Assembly (NCBI GenBank): GCA_051294375.1
Contig: CM119269.1
Location: 1,442,537-1,506,536, forward strand
Reading direction: 5' to 3'
DNA: 64,000 bases
Source of the DNA: Paraspadella gotoi
Lineage: Eukaryota; Animalia; Chaetognatha
Shown: positions 40,365 through 53,582 of the stretch, piece by piece
Position numbering within the stretch: position 1 is the first letter of the stretch
Layout of the letters: each line of letters starts with the position of its first letter
Notes under the pieces: generated by a model
The model's input: the letters and a program-made list of their open reading frames with translations, nothing else
The model's database searches: none
What the model was told of the DNA's origin: nothing
Position numbers and translations under genes: made by a program

Positions 40365-40890
40365 ACCTACAAATTCTAGTTCGGTAATCAGCAAATCAGA
40401 TGATAAATCACGATAATTCTTACAATGTTTTTTCCACTCGCACGATTCCATCGAAACTTTATATCTAGCTCAATCACACACTCTCCTAACCACACACAAA
40501 ATTTCATTCTAATCTATCCATCCAATCTTGAGTAATTGGGGTTTTTTTCTAAGGGACGGACGGACGGACGGACAGACGGATGGACCTACAAATTCTAATT
40601 TGGTAATCAGCAAATCAGGTCATAAATCATGATAATTCTCACAATGTTTTTTTCCACTCGCACGATTCCATCGAAACTTTAGATCCAGCTCAATCACACA
40701 CTCTCCTAACCACACAAAATTTCATTCTTATCCATCCATTCAATCTCGAGTAATTGGAGTTTTTTGCTAAGGGACGGACGGACGGACGGACGGACGGACG
40801 GACGGACGGACGGACGGACGGACACGAGCACCAGTCAATCACAAATGTAATACGCATCGTAAACTTCTGGTGATTTCTGCTTAAAACCAA
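40365..40890 (-). mobile_element. DINE-1/HINE-like element with a tandemly duplicated ~219-bp core and (GTCC)n microsatellites
   Basis: Units start at 40365 and 40584, each ending in (GGAC)n on the plus strand. On the minus strand the (GTCC)n tract is followed by ..GGATGGAT..ATGAAATTTTG.., the layout typical of DINE-like elements. Confidence 0.55.
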
Positions 40891-41028
40891 TTGTCAATAG
40901 CTGTCAGATCTCTTTCAACAAATATTCTCGTCAAATGAAATCGATAGGAATTTAGCATAAATTTGTTTTAATTCTTCGACACCACTTGTTACGAAAGCGA
41001 TAAAAGATTTTCGAGGCAAAATAATCGA

Positions 41029-44000
41029 TCAAGAAGGAGAAACTAAATTGGTTAACAAAGTCAAAGGCGCCGACGATGACGTCGGTAAGTTGAAGTCGGG
41101 GCTAAGTTTGGGGAAATCAGTTTGTCGCCGGCCGAAGGCGGTCACGCATCGACCCGGGGGCGAGCGGGGAGCCGGAATGGCCGATGTGGAAGAGGGTAAA
41201 TGGAGGGCGGTTGCGGCTTCCGGCCGAGTTTTAGAGGCGAGGCGAACGAGAGGCGTTTCTGTGGCGAGCGCAGTTAAATAACAATCGAGTCTCGAAGCGT
41301 CTCTTGGGCGTGGCGAGGACGTCGAAGAAACCGACGTCAAACTTGAGGAGTTCGAACGGTCAAAGTTGGGCGACGGGCGCGCGGAGTGGCGCACAGTGAG
41401 ACGCATAACTGGAGAAACAGTTGGCCGACACTCCACTTCGAAATGGAGCGGATCGGCAGACTGGCGGTCGACGTTGGGAGACTGGCGGTCGGCGTGTGTA
41501 AACTGGCGGGAGTCGTCAGCATCGTCTTTACTCGCTGACGCCGAAATCATTATCGAGTCGCTAAGGTCAACGTCGCTTGTCCATCGAACGTCGTCGAACG
41601 AGTTGTCGTCGTCGTCGCGACGATCTTTCTCGACGAACTCCGGGTCTCTCATCGGCCTTCGTTTTCGGCGCCAGGGTTCTTCGGGGATTCCACGCGGACC
41701 CGCGCCGACCAATAGCAGCGCCACGACGACGACGAATAACGAGAGAGTGAGCGAAGGGCTGGTGGAGGTGGCGCCGCATCCTGGCGGCTCGTTTCCCGAC
41801 CCGGTGCCGGGCTTGGAAGAGATCGACGGCGGCGGCGACCTCGTCGAGGGCGTCGGCGGTGGAGGATAGCACAGCGTCGCCAAGTTCTGCTTCAATTCGG
41901 GGCAATTGTAATCTTCGGTGCCGTCGCATTCGCACGACCAGAGCTTCTTGCTCTTTTGCTGCCGTTTTAAGATGTTTATGCTGCAGGAAAAAGGAAAGGA
42001 AATAGGGAAAAGGAAAGGAAATAGGGAAAAGGAAAGGAAATAGAAAAAGGAAAGGGAAAAGGAAAGGAAATAGGGAAAAGGAAAGGAATTAGGGAAAAGG
42101 AAAGGGAAAAGGAAAGGAAATAGGGAAAGGAAATAAGGAACAGGGTTTCGTTAGAAATTTGTTTTTAAATATTTACATTTCAGGGATTACAATCTTTATC
42201 TTTTGTTTTAAATCGTTCAACTTTAGGATCAAATGAAAGTTTTTCTTGTTTTGTATACAGACAACATAATTTATTGAATTTCAAAATCGTGCAACATACG
42301 TAGTTACTCAATTTTGAACACTTTTTATTGTTCTTATTAAAATCTTGGATTTTATAATTTGTAATACAAGGTGGGAGAAAAATCCCAAACATATTATCAT
42401 AATCATTGCCTTGAGAATTTTAGTTCAAAAGAGTACAATGTAAATGGATTAAATAAGATTAGTTAGATTACTGATCAAAATTTTAAAAAAATTCAAGCTA
42501 TTTTACCTATTGTTACAATAGGAGGTGCACGCGACTCCATTAACCAGCCTGACGCAATTTCGCTGATAGTACTCCAAGGCGACGAGGCAGGTGCTGTCTG
42601 CCGTGCAGATCCATTCGGCTAAAGTGCAAGAAACGGTCGACTCGCTGTCCAGCACCGTCGCCAGTTGGTCCAGAACATGGCTGCACACCTAGGTAAAAAA
42701 AGAGCGTTTGTAAACAATACACTAACATGTAGGGCGAAAAAAAAAAAAAAAAACGCGAATAGAAATTTAAAAAAAAAAATGTCTCAGACCGTGTTTCCTC
42801 CCCCAACAATTTTAAAGAAAACTTAAAAAGATACAAACGGGAATACGATATATCTAAACGGTGAATTATCATCTCGCGTACCACAAATAAATCCTAGTTA
42901 TTCGGCCAAGATAAATAAGACTGACAGGATATAAACCAGCGATAATCCAATTATATAAATTTTAATCATTTCTTCGACTCTTGTCTCTCGCCATGTCCCC
43001 CCTCTTTCTTTTTTTTCTCTCTCTCTCTCTCGTCGCTTTTCTTTATTGCCGTCAAGATAAGGCGTATTTCAAAGTTAACGTTTAAACTTCAATCAACATC
43101 AAAAACGAAGCGTTTTATTTGAAAATTCGTGAACTATACGCTCTTTGAGGATCATAACTCAGTTTGATGAAGAGCAGGAACGTCATAACATATTCGAGCC
43201 GGTCTGACAAATTCCGACCAAATGATGTATTTTAGAGGGCGGGGGGAAAAAAATAAAAAAAAGGTATACAGAGAATGAAAAGGGGATGTTTCTCTCGCAG
43301 AAATCGAAGAACAGAGAAAAAAAAAGGTAGTATTTGAAAGAAATAATTGGCCAAAGGATCGATGAATAAGTCCCCGTCCTTAGTCAGAACTTATTCCCAT
43401 CAAAATTAGTTATGACTGGCCGAAAAACAAAATTCTGCCCTCCATAGTTTAAAGAATTCTCAAATAACGACGTCAGCCAAATTCTCAGAGTCGCTCTCAA
43501 TCAATAGAATCAAGTGTTGTTGATTTAACTTTGCAAAATCTAACACAATGGTCAAAATTTTACATTTTTCACATTTCGCTTAAGGTTAACACGATTTAAC
43601 CCAGCGAAAACAAAATTCCTCAGCGTATTTATTTCTCTTGAGCGTTAATTTTCTCTTCATGTTGATTGCTTGTTTTGAAAAAAATCTCAAAATAATATAT
43701 CTTGACATGCTTGACACATTGTTAAAATTGATGTGTCGGATGATAAAAGGGATTGAGATAAAAGGTTTGACACTATGATAGATACTAATTGAGCATGTCA
43801 TTAGAAAAAAAATTGAGCAAGTAAATTGTGGCTACCTATTTATCATAGCAGCAGAAAATTTAAAGTTCAATAAAAAAAAATTTTTCTTTATTAAAAACTC
43901 AAGGAGAAACTATATTGATATTCGCTAATTAATACAAAGTCAAATACCGAAATAAAATCAGATTAAACTAACTTGATTTCGCAGAACAATCAATTAAAAT

Positions 44001-46237
44001 AATAAAATAAAAGAATATCCGCACTAACGCGAAATGGAACCAACCAACTTAAAAATTAAAATAATAATTATTTTAGTGGCTAATCCCAGTTCTCTTTTTG
44101 CTACCGTGATTCCAAGTCAGCGTTACAAGCTATAAATTTTCGATTGCATTTTAAAATTAATTTTTATCCGGCTGCGTGTAATTCTGCCCATTAATTTAGA
44201 TATTTTCTCTTTTCCTTTTCTCTTTACCAATTTTATAGAAATATTTGTTGTATTAATTTTATAGAAAAACATCATAGTTAGTTGATTAGGAATTTGACCA
44301 TTTCACAAATGTTACAACAATGTCTAGTTTTTTTAAAATTTGTTCATATCTTTCTCACCTCCATCCTTTCTCTCTGTTCCAGGCAAAACGGGTTGTCCAT
44401 GGTGCAATTGCAGTTTATGAGCTTCCAACCGTAGTCGGTTGATGCCAAAGAAAGCAGGGCTTTCTTGCACAAGTCTGAGCAGGTATTGGAGCTGCCATAA
44501 ATGAGGTCAGAGCAGAGGGTCATGTAGTTGTGAAGCGCCATGGCGCAACCGTTGTTGGACATGCAGAGGTTGCGGGCTTTGCCGCAGGATTCCCCGGCCG
44601 CCGTTGACGACGCCACCAGGAGGATCAGCAGCGGAGGGAGGACGACGCGCGGAGTGGACGGTCGCGTGGGAAAGCGGAGGCTTCGACGGGAAGTCGAGGG
44701 GAGGGGCGGGGAGAGGTTCGGCGATGTCCGCGCTTCGATCCCAGACCGGGTCTCATTATGGGAAGAAGTGACGGGGCGTAAGGAGTTGGAAGTTCCACGG
44801 CACGGAATATCTCGTCGAACTCTCCCTGAACATGTCGTCTTAACTATCGCACGGTCCCAAAGAGTTGAAAACGTCCTCGAAGGTTCGTGGGCGACGGAGG
44901 TGTCGGCTCCGGAGCGGACCTTCCGCGGCGACGGCGGAGGCGGCGCCGGCGGACCGTCCTTCATCTTCGAGTCGCGTTGGAATCTCGAGAAAGGATCCAT
45001 CGGGGATCGAATGACGCGGGACGACGAAGAGCTCGATGGAGACCTCTTCCTCCTCCTTCCTCGAGGTCGTTGGCGGAGAGGGGGATCCAAGAATTCCGTC
45101 GTCGTCGATGAAGAAGTTCGTGGGCGATCATCGGTGGCGACGAGGCTTTCCAAACGAGGGGGCGGGCGTTGTGGGTGAGAGGCGCCGGCGGAGGCAATGG
45201 TTGGCGGAGACCGCGAAGGCTTCGTCAAAGGAACTGATAAAAAGAAAAAAAAGAAAGAAAAACGGTGAGTTTATTATTAAATCTCTTTTTTTTCACTTTT
45301 TAGCCTCAGTGAGATGATGGAATTGAATGATGGATTTATAGAGTTAAGTGAAACGAACAATTTTTTTTTTTTAATTTATTTTTTGTTTTGGTTTTTCTAA
45401 AAAAAAAAAAAGTTGGTTCTCTTTCGTCGTCGGTCCGCAAAAAATCGATTTGAATGAAACGAAAATGTTGAGAGATGTGGCAGCTCTTTCGAGAGAAGTG
45501 TGAGGATGAGGAGGAGGAGAGGAGGGGGAAGAGGAGGAAGAAAAAAAAAACGTATCGTTGAGGAGAAATTAACGAGGTCGTATATGTAACTTGCGCGAGA
45601 GGGGGAGAGAGAGGGAGAGAGAGGGAGAGAGGGTGTTCGTCGTCGTCGGAACTAGAGTTGGGGAGACGTAGAGGAGAAGGAAAAAAAATAGTCAAGAAAA
45701 GAGAATAAGTCTTTGTCGAAAAGGTTCGTTTTTCATTTTAAAAGACAACAACAAAAAAACTAAGAAAGAAAAAAAAATGGAGCGAAACAAAAACAAGAAG
45801 TTTGATAGAAGGTCAGCGGGAAGAAAAGCCAAATTTTAAGCAGGCAGGCAAAATGAGAGTGAAAAGGGAAAAAGACTCAACGAGTGGAGATGAAATGGAC
45901 AAAAATCTACAAGGCAATCGAACCTTTGAATCTAGAAGAGAATGTTTGATTAATTTGCGTGGGAGAAACCGGAAGTCGTGGTCTATTTAAAAACCACGAC
46001 GACAGGACGTGTTATTTGATTTCTGTTTTCACGCGGGGCTCATTGGCGTTCACCGTCGTTCACCGGCGCGGTAGGACGTCAACGCGCTCACAAATGAGTA
46101 CGTGGGCGGAATTGTTTTGATAGAAAATTGAAAGTTATATAGAAAAAAAGCGTGTTGGTTTATAATCGTTCGCGTATTCCACGTGGAGGCCATTTCACGA
46201 ATCAGGGTCGAATACCTTGACAGGGCGATAATAACAT
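41029..46237 (-). CDS. GAS1: Growth arrest-specific 1 (two GFR-like Cys domains), ~676 aa. Exons 46237-46216 (tentative), 45233-44359, 42688-42507, 41980-41029
   Basis: Domain 1: CGKARNLCMSNNGCAMALHNYMTLC..CSDLCKKALLSL..LINCNC..CLEQRERMEVC. Domain 2: CTLAEWICTADSTCLVALEYYQRNC..NGVACTSYCNNSINILKRQQKSKKLWSCECDGTEDYNCPELKQNLATLCY. Cys spacing and the CxCDG.E..C....N...LC ending match GAS1. Hydrophobic segments flank the domains. Splice phases are consistent. Confidence 0.9.
41985..42140. repeat. Purine-rich (AAGGA/GGAAAA) compound repeat next to a GAS1 acceptor
   Basis: Directly visible; reads as an extended pyrimidine tract on the transcribed strand. Confidence 0.85.
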
Positions 46238-47056
46238 GTTTGCTGCCAAGAATATTTTCTAGACACTCGGAAGATTGCGAGCCTCATAATCAAATAAATT
46301 TTGATCGAGTCCGAAGAAGACGATTAAGAAGATGAACAAACTCGCCAAATCCTCCAAATTGGTTCGAGATTGGAGCAATCCACCAAATTTTAGAGGAGTC
46401 GACTGAGTTTTCGTAGTTCTCAACTTTCTCCTCCTTGAATGTCGAAACTTTGACTCGGGATTGGCGGTTCGACTTCGGCGGCGTCGAGAAAATCGATCGC
46501 GGATTGGCCCGTCGAGTGAAAAACCGCTGCTGGCGAATCCTCGGACCATCGTCGATTGGTCGGCCGACGCTGCGGGAAGGACAAAACGACGCCCTATTCG
46601 TCAAAACGATCGGCTGCGTCAGCGCCTTCCGGAGAAAGTTTTTCGTCGCTGCCCGTTCTCTAAGTATGATTTTTTTTGATAATTTACACCAAGAGGGATG
46701 CGGCTGCGACTGCGACGGGGCGGCGGCTGCGGCAGAAAACCCCCGAGGAGCCACGGTAGGGGAAAAGGGATGAAAGAGTGAATACAGAGAGAGGGGAGAG
46801 AGAGAGAGAGAGTGGCAAAGCAGATTTTTTCTTTTTTTTTATTTGGAACTTGGAAGAGAAATTTTCGAAGGTTAGCGGCGGCGTAAACTGTTTCCAGATG
46901 AATTCTTTCCAAGCCGAAGATTTTTAATCCGAATCGGAGAAGAGAAGCAAAACCTTCAGAACGAATCTTTCAACATTTTTCTTCTTCGATTTTTCCCTCT
47001 TATTATTGAGAGTGCCTTCCTCTTCCAGATGTTTAAGAGTAAATCAAGGAGAGAGG

Positions 47057-47124
<68 letters not shown>

Positions 47125-48258
47125 CGCTCCCTCGGTTTTAAAGCCCCGAGAAAGAATACCAAGGTATTGTGATGAGTTAGAGCAAAGGCAACCCCGTCGC
47201 TCGGCCGTCGACGAACGTTTTTTGGTTTGACGCAGGAAAGGCGACAGCAGCGGCGGAGGCGGCGGAGGCGGCGACAGCGGGGAATCCGCTGGGAAGAGAG
47301 CAAAAACTCGCAGTTCAACTTTTTCGAGTTTTTCCTTCTTACGCCGAGAAAGAAGAGAGAGACTCAAGAGAAAGAAAGAGAAAGGGGATTATTTAAAACA
47401 GATTGTTTTCTTGGAGACTTTCAAAATTCGTTTGTTTGGAAAAAGATTGTAGACTCTTAGTCCGAATCCGAAGAACAAGAGAAAAGGGGCGATGATGATG
47501 AGTGCTCGATCGTGGCCCCACTGGCCCCTCTCCTCGAACACCGATCGTTTTTTTTATTTTTAATCCCTCTCCCCCCACTCTCTCTTTTCTTTCTTTTCTT
47601 TCTTTTAGTGCATGATTTCCAATTTGATAAGAAACATTTTTCCTTCAGTTTTAAAAGCTCGTTAGAGCGAGAGAGAGAGAGAGAGAGGGTTTTTTTCTTT
47701 TTTTTCCTTCGTTCCCAAAAGATAGATCCTCTCGTACCGAAAGAAAGAGAGAAGTATGAAGGTGAAGAAGTCTAGCAGTCGTAATTATTTCCGATGCGCC
47801 TAGAAAATGTTGCAAGTTAAACATTGGCGCTCTGTTGAGAAGTAAGTTTTTCTCCGTTGAGGTGAGGATCGAGCGGTGACGGTGTCTATCGCTTTACGCC
47901 TTACTATCCCAAATTGGTCGGAATTTTCGACCCGGGTTCAAACCCCATCCCCGCCAATTTTTTTCTTTTTTTGTTTTTAAACTTCTTTCTCTCGATATCC
48001 TCTCTCCCTCTTTTCTATCTCCGACGCCGACGTCGACAGAGTTTTGACGAGCGAGGATTAGGATTGACGTTGATCGGAGAAAACACTCGCTACTCTCTCT
48101 CTCTCTCCCTCTCTTCTTTTTCTCTCTCCGACCTAATTTCTTTTTTTCGAAGCTCGCAGTAAAAATTTGCGGCTAAGAAGATTTGAGTTTCGTCGACTTC
48201 GAATCTTTTTTTTTCCCTTCGGAGACAATTTCAATTTTAATTTACGTCAATCAACTTC

Positions 48259-48317
<59 letters not shown>

Positions 48318-49484
48318 ATTCCGCGAAGTGGCTCGTCAACGAAATCGGTCGTGGACCGGAAACTGAAAAGGGTACCTTGGACGGGAGGAGACGTTGCGAC
48401 AAAGACGAAGCGCTGCGATGGGCGGTTTTAAAAGGGTGGAGGCGAGATTTCTGGAAAAGGAGAGAGAAAACGTGAGAGGCAAAACAGCGATACCGAAAAC
48501 AACAGCCATTTAAAAACCTTTACAACTCAGGTTAATGAACCCCCCAAAAAAATCAATCAAAACGACCAACTCAAAGCATTTAAATGTTCTTTTGACCGTT
48601 TGATAACAGAAGGGCGATCTCTCTCAGATTCGTTCGAGAGCACATATCACTCGTTCTCTAATTACGCAGTTATTAACCGGTTAACCTTATAGGTTAAGGA
48701 CTTTCGAATTTATTTCGTTCTTTAGTGAGAAGACCAAAACAGCACATGCGGTATCCATCAAAGAAAAAAATTTCGAATTACGACAAGTTGACATAAATTT
48801 TTTTTTTCAGCTTTTTTTTTTCCTTCCTTCGCAGGGAAACAGAAAGATGAGTTTCAGCGTCAGAATTTTGTTGAAAACCATTTATCAGTGAAAGAAATGT
48901 TGGCGACGCTTCCCCCTTTTTTTGTAAAAGCGCATTTAAAAAAAAATGTTGACTTTTCGATCTCAAAATGACTTAGAATCGCCGGTTCACGCCAGTGTAC
49001 TACGATTCAGCTCTTTATTTTCTGCTTCATTTTTATTTCGGAAAATGTGATGATAATTCATTAAGGCAATTTTTTTTTTCCTAAGAATTACTAACGAGAA
49101 AATGAATCGATTTCAGTTGCTGAGAATTAACATTAGAAAGGCCTGTGAATATTTTGGCGAACCTTATCAAGACGAATGTTGATTGAATGACAAGATATTC
49201 TCTCTCTCTCTNNNNNNNNNNCTCTCTCTCTCATTATTTCTTTTCGGTATTTTTCTTTCTTGGAGTAGAAATAAAAGGGCTCTGTCTTTTAGTGCTCCTT
49301 TAGTTTTTCTGTGCTCCTGGCTAATAAATGGACCAAGTTATTTTTCGACCAGCACACTGAATCGCACCCCATGCCAGCTTTACAATGCTTTGGTCAATTA
49401 TAGTGCTCAAGTTGTTTTTGTCCTCATAAAATCACGACGGGGCTCCTGAGTTTTGGCGATCAGTCAACCGAATGAGAGAGAATG

Positions 49485-49526
<42 letters not shown>

Positions 49527-51562
49527 GAAATTCACATCCGCCAACTGCTGCTATATGTAAATGATATTATTGTATCAACCAATGAACCCACCATTGTCAG
49601 GGGTCATTTTTATATATACAGAGAAATGTAAAAATCGCTGAAAATTTTAAACAAAATGTGAGAATTGGTTTGCATTTAATTCATAAGCTACGGGTAACCG
49701 TAGGAGTAATCATTTTTAAAAAAACGAAGCAAATATTGCAGAATTGTATTTTACACTTAATTGAAGAGCTATCGGTAAAAATTTTGACATTTTACAGCAT
49801 CAATAAGAAGCATTAGTGATAACTACTGTCAGGCCGAGACACAGACACCACAAGAAAGAAGAAACGAAGAAAGAAACAATAAAATTGGTAATAAATCAAT
49901 AAATATACCGCATATGTGGAGAAAAGATTATGTAGTAGTGTCTACATTAACACGAAAACAAATAAAAACAACCCCCTCAAAAAAAAATCTACGAGCGAAC
50001 AATGGTTTTTCTCAAAGCCTGGAAAATGGGCAAAATCAATGAAAGGCTTGGCACGGCTCAACTGCCTATGAAAAGATTGGTCCCGCTCAACAAGGGTCAT
50101 CCCCCGCCGACCAACGCCTTTGTTCCTCAAGCTTCATGTTATTTCTGGCAGATTCAGAGAGAGAGAGAGAGTGAGAGAGAGTGAATCGAATGTAGCCAAA
50201 GCGAAAGTCCAAGCTCGGTGGGAGCACACTTCCGCCGATTAGAAATATTGGAGATATGGGAGTGAGATTTGCCGCAAATAAATAAAAATCATTTTGTGTT
50301 TCTGAACAAAACTTCAGAATGTCTTTTTTATTAAACACGTACGTGTAAAATAATCTATATTTTATGGTTCAATAATTTAGATAAAATATTGTTTAAGATT
50401 CAAAATGATGAATAAGAAGGAAAATGAGCGAGTTTTCTCCCTCTCGACCACGTCCGATACGTCACAAACTTGACAATACACCGTTCAGTCTAACAGATGT
50501 CAGATTGTTTCTTCGAGCTGACGATGACTCTTCCCGAAATGACCAAAAGTCTGGACAAAACTATTTTTCAAGTGATTTATTCTTAGTTGTTTTTTTTTCT
50601 ACCTTTCGTCAAAACTTTTTTTGACGCACGAGCTCAACTTCAAAAGGGGGGAAGAGTAGAGCGGGGGAGTTGGCGCGCCGAAAATTGTCAGTGCAGTCAA
50701 TCCATCTTTTTTAATGAGGCGATCCTTGTTTCTCTCTCTCTCTCTCTCTCTCTCCCTCTCTCTCTCTCTCCCAAAGAGTGAGTGTGCAAAATAAAGATCT
50801 TTAAACAAAGACTGACGATAAGTGAGAAAATATATTTTAAAAATTTAAACAACGGAACCGTGCTGTTCACCTCTACGCGAATCAACCCATCAGATTTTTC
50901 AATCAAAACTAAAGTCAAACTCAAAGAATCTTATGTATAATTATAAGAAAAACCCGTTGAAATTACGAATGTTTTCATTGTTATTTTCAGTTCCATCGTT
51001 TTATAACGATCGCCGTTTTTTTCGTCGAGTGCATTGCACTATTCAGAGAATATTTACTTCGAACTTAGTAGTCCCTTTAAACCTAAAGGGACACAAAATA
51101 CGCGTTACCATTTTTTGCCGGGATTTCAACTCGTGCAAGATTGAAATTGGGACTTTTACGGAACAACTTCACCTACGAGCTAGGGAACAGGCGATCAGAC
51201 AGCGAGGAGCAAAAATCCGTTCAAGAATTGTACGATGGAGACGAGGGTGAATAGACGTCTATTACACCGAACGCTTAAAACGAGTTTATTGGGCCCATAA
51301 ATCAAGTTACCCGAAACGCCCATTATCCTTCACATGATAGGGACCGTTGGCGGCCGCCAAGCGAAAACAGAACCCAAACTTCCTCATCATAACAATCGTA
51401 ACGAATGTTTAACATAAAACCGAGATTTCAAATAGAAAAAAGAAAATTCTTCGTTTCATTTACATGCGAACGATTATGGAGCGCGTAAAATGAAGAGGAA
51501 TACAAAAGTTTAAACTTTTCGGCTCGAAAAGATCGGTCTTTTTTTTCTGTTAATTTTTTGTT

Positions 51563-52055
51563 ATAATTTGAATGAAATTGGTACAACCAATATAAAAATT
51601 ATCCATTCATTAATAAATAAGCTATCTTGCCCCTGACTTTGGACAGGCTTTGGTGGTTTAAGGCCTCCATCACTCTTACAAGATAATGACATAGCAGGTC
51701 CCTGCAAGCTTTCAATCAAGACTCTCTCACAGTCTCGTTTATTCACTCCCAGAGTACCTGGCTTCCCTATCAATGAAGTGGAAAATATTTCAAAGAATGT
51801 TTCAATTGTATGAAAAGACCACTCCCTTAAGTATTAGATCGGGAATACTTATTGTACTCCGCACTTGCATCAAAATACAAGGAGCTGAATTTTATGAAAT
51901 TGGTACAACCAATATAAAAATTATCCATTCATTTAATAAATAAGCTATCTTGCCCCTGACTTTGGACAGGCTTTGGTGGTTTAAGGCCTCCATCACTCTT
52001 ACAAGATAATGACATAGCAGGTCCCTGCAAGCTTTCAATCAAGACTCTCTCACAG
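51563..52055 (+). repeat. Dispersed repeat family A: full copy 51563-51850 plus near-identical partial tandem copy 51886-52055
   Basis: 51893-52054 is almost identical to 51572-51732; homologous to 12181-12430 (inverted), 10148-10326 and 26581-26629. Confidence 0.9.
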
Positions 52056-52462
52056 AATATAATTTTCATTATCACATTATTATTTGAAAAATAAAAAAAA
52101 ATGTAAGAGTTCTAGTATTAACGATTAACAAGGAAAATATAAATTTGCCACTTATAAAGTATTCTGAAGTCTTAAAAAATACGTATACGTATACTATTTA
52201 ATATCACTTCTTAGCTAGTTTGTGGTTTAACCGCCTCATTCTCTTGCAACGACGATTCCGACCAGGGCTAGAACCCGTGAGCCCTGAGTTTGGAGATTAG
52301 AACGTTAAAACTATTATTGTGCTGACGTACGAGACAGCCAATAGGTAATAATTTTAGAAAAAATGATTAAACCCTAAATGAATTAAAAGTATTTATCAAA
52401 TAATTAATGATCAAAGGCATTCCAGAGAGGCAGTACCACAAGCCTCGCCTTCGGTGACTTGT

Positions 52463-53582
52463 CACGGTTCTTTTTATAGGAGTAAAAGGAAATCGAAATA
52501 TACCATTTCTGGAATGATGAAAACCTGAAAGCTTGATGTCAGGGGAAAAGCTTAGGCTAAGTCGAAAAAATTTTCCGAACTGTAATATCATTATTTTTCT
52601 TCAATCTTTAATTTATATTTATAATTTTCTTTTATTTTATGATCGTCATTATATCATTAAATCTTTATGAGAAAAATTTTTAAACCTTTATGATACATTC
52701 TAAGGTCTTTTGGTTCACAGATTTTATTATCAATTTTTATTCACCTGTTTTAATATTTTATTGCTGTAAAAATCAAAAGTATAAGTAATTTTGGTAAAAA
52801 TTGGCTGAAAATTAATTGTCTTGATTAAATTCTAATAAAATAATACAACTAATGGTATTTAATATATGACTTTAATCTGCTGAATAAAATAATTTGACTT
52901 AAAGTCATATATGAACTGAGATATGTCTTAAATAAATCAAAAATTATATTTAAAAAAAAATTTTAGGGCTTTTTTTGGTAGCATCTCAATAAATATATAT
53001 CGTAAAAAGTTGGCGATAGGCTCAAAATAAAGGTCACATCTTATAGTTTCTAGTCCATATATATCAAGTAAAATTATATCATATCATTATGGTAAATTAT
53101 TTAAAAATTTAATTAATATTTTTTAAAATTTTTTGAGGAATGATGTGCCTATATTTAAGCTTGAAAAATTTTATTTATGAATTAATTGAAAGAAGACTGT
53201 CTATAGAACTCGTTTGTATCCTCAATTTTTTAGATTAAAGTTTTATTATATTCTTAATAATACTCACAATTTCATTATTTTTTTAAAAAAATAATATATT
53301 TGATTAATAACTTTTTAGCCAAAAGTCGAAGCAAGCTCTCGGTTTACTGAAATCGTTTGACATATAGATGAGTCAATATTTTGCAAAATTAGAACAAAAG
53401 TTATCAAATTTTCTCAAAAATTAACTTACCAACTTTAACTGCAATTAAAAAAAACTGAGTTTGAAAAAATTTTTCGACTTAGCCTAAGCTTTTCCCCTGT
53501 CCTGACATCAACCTTTCAGGTTTTTATCATTCCAGAAATGGTATATTTCGATTATATTTTTCCTCCTAAAAAGAGAACCGTG
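52463..53582. mobile_element. Non-autonomous DNA transposon, 1120 bp, ~120-bp imperfect TIRs, CAC...GTG termini (Chapaev/CMC-like)
   Basis: Left TIR CACGGTTCT..TCGAAATATACCATTTCTGGAATGAT.AAAACCTGAAAG.TTGATGTCAGG..GGAAAAGCTTAGGCTAAGTCGAAAAA (52463-52581) is mirrored at 53459-53582. Flanks TTGT / TTGA are a near 4-bp TSD. AT-rich interior without an ORF. Confidence 0.85.

Noticed and set aside
41029-45233. GDNF-family receptor alpha (GFRa) call
   Set aside because: Only two Cys domains with GAS1-type spacing and ending; lacks the GFRa CxRxxC and RRR motifs
50518-50545. CTGACGA..GAAA as a third hammerhead
   Set aside because: No stem II pairing and no valid stem III or cleavage triplet
52250-52320. 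tRNA-like fragments with B-boxes (minus strand here and at 36570-36620; plus strand at 47930-47946)
   Set aside because: No complete cloverleaf; at best decayed SINE heads
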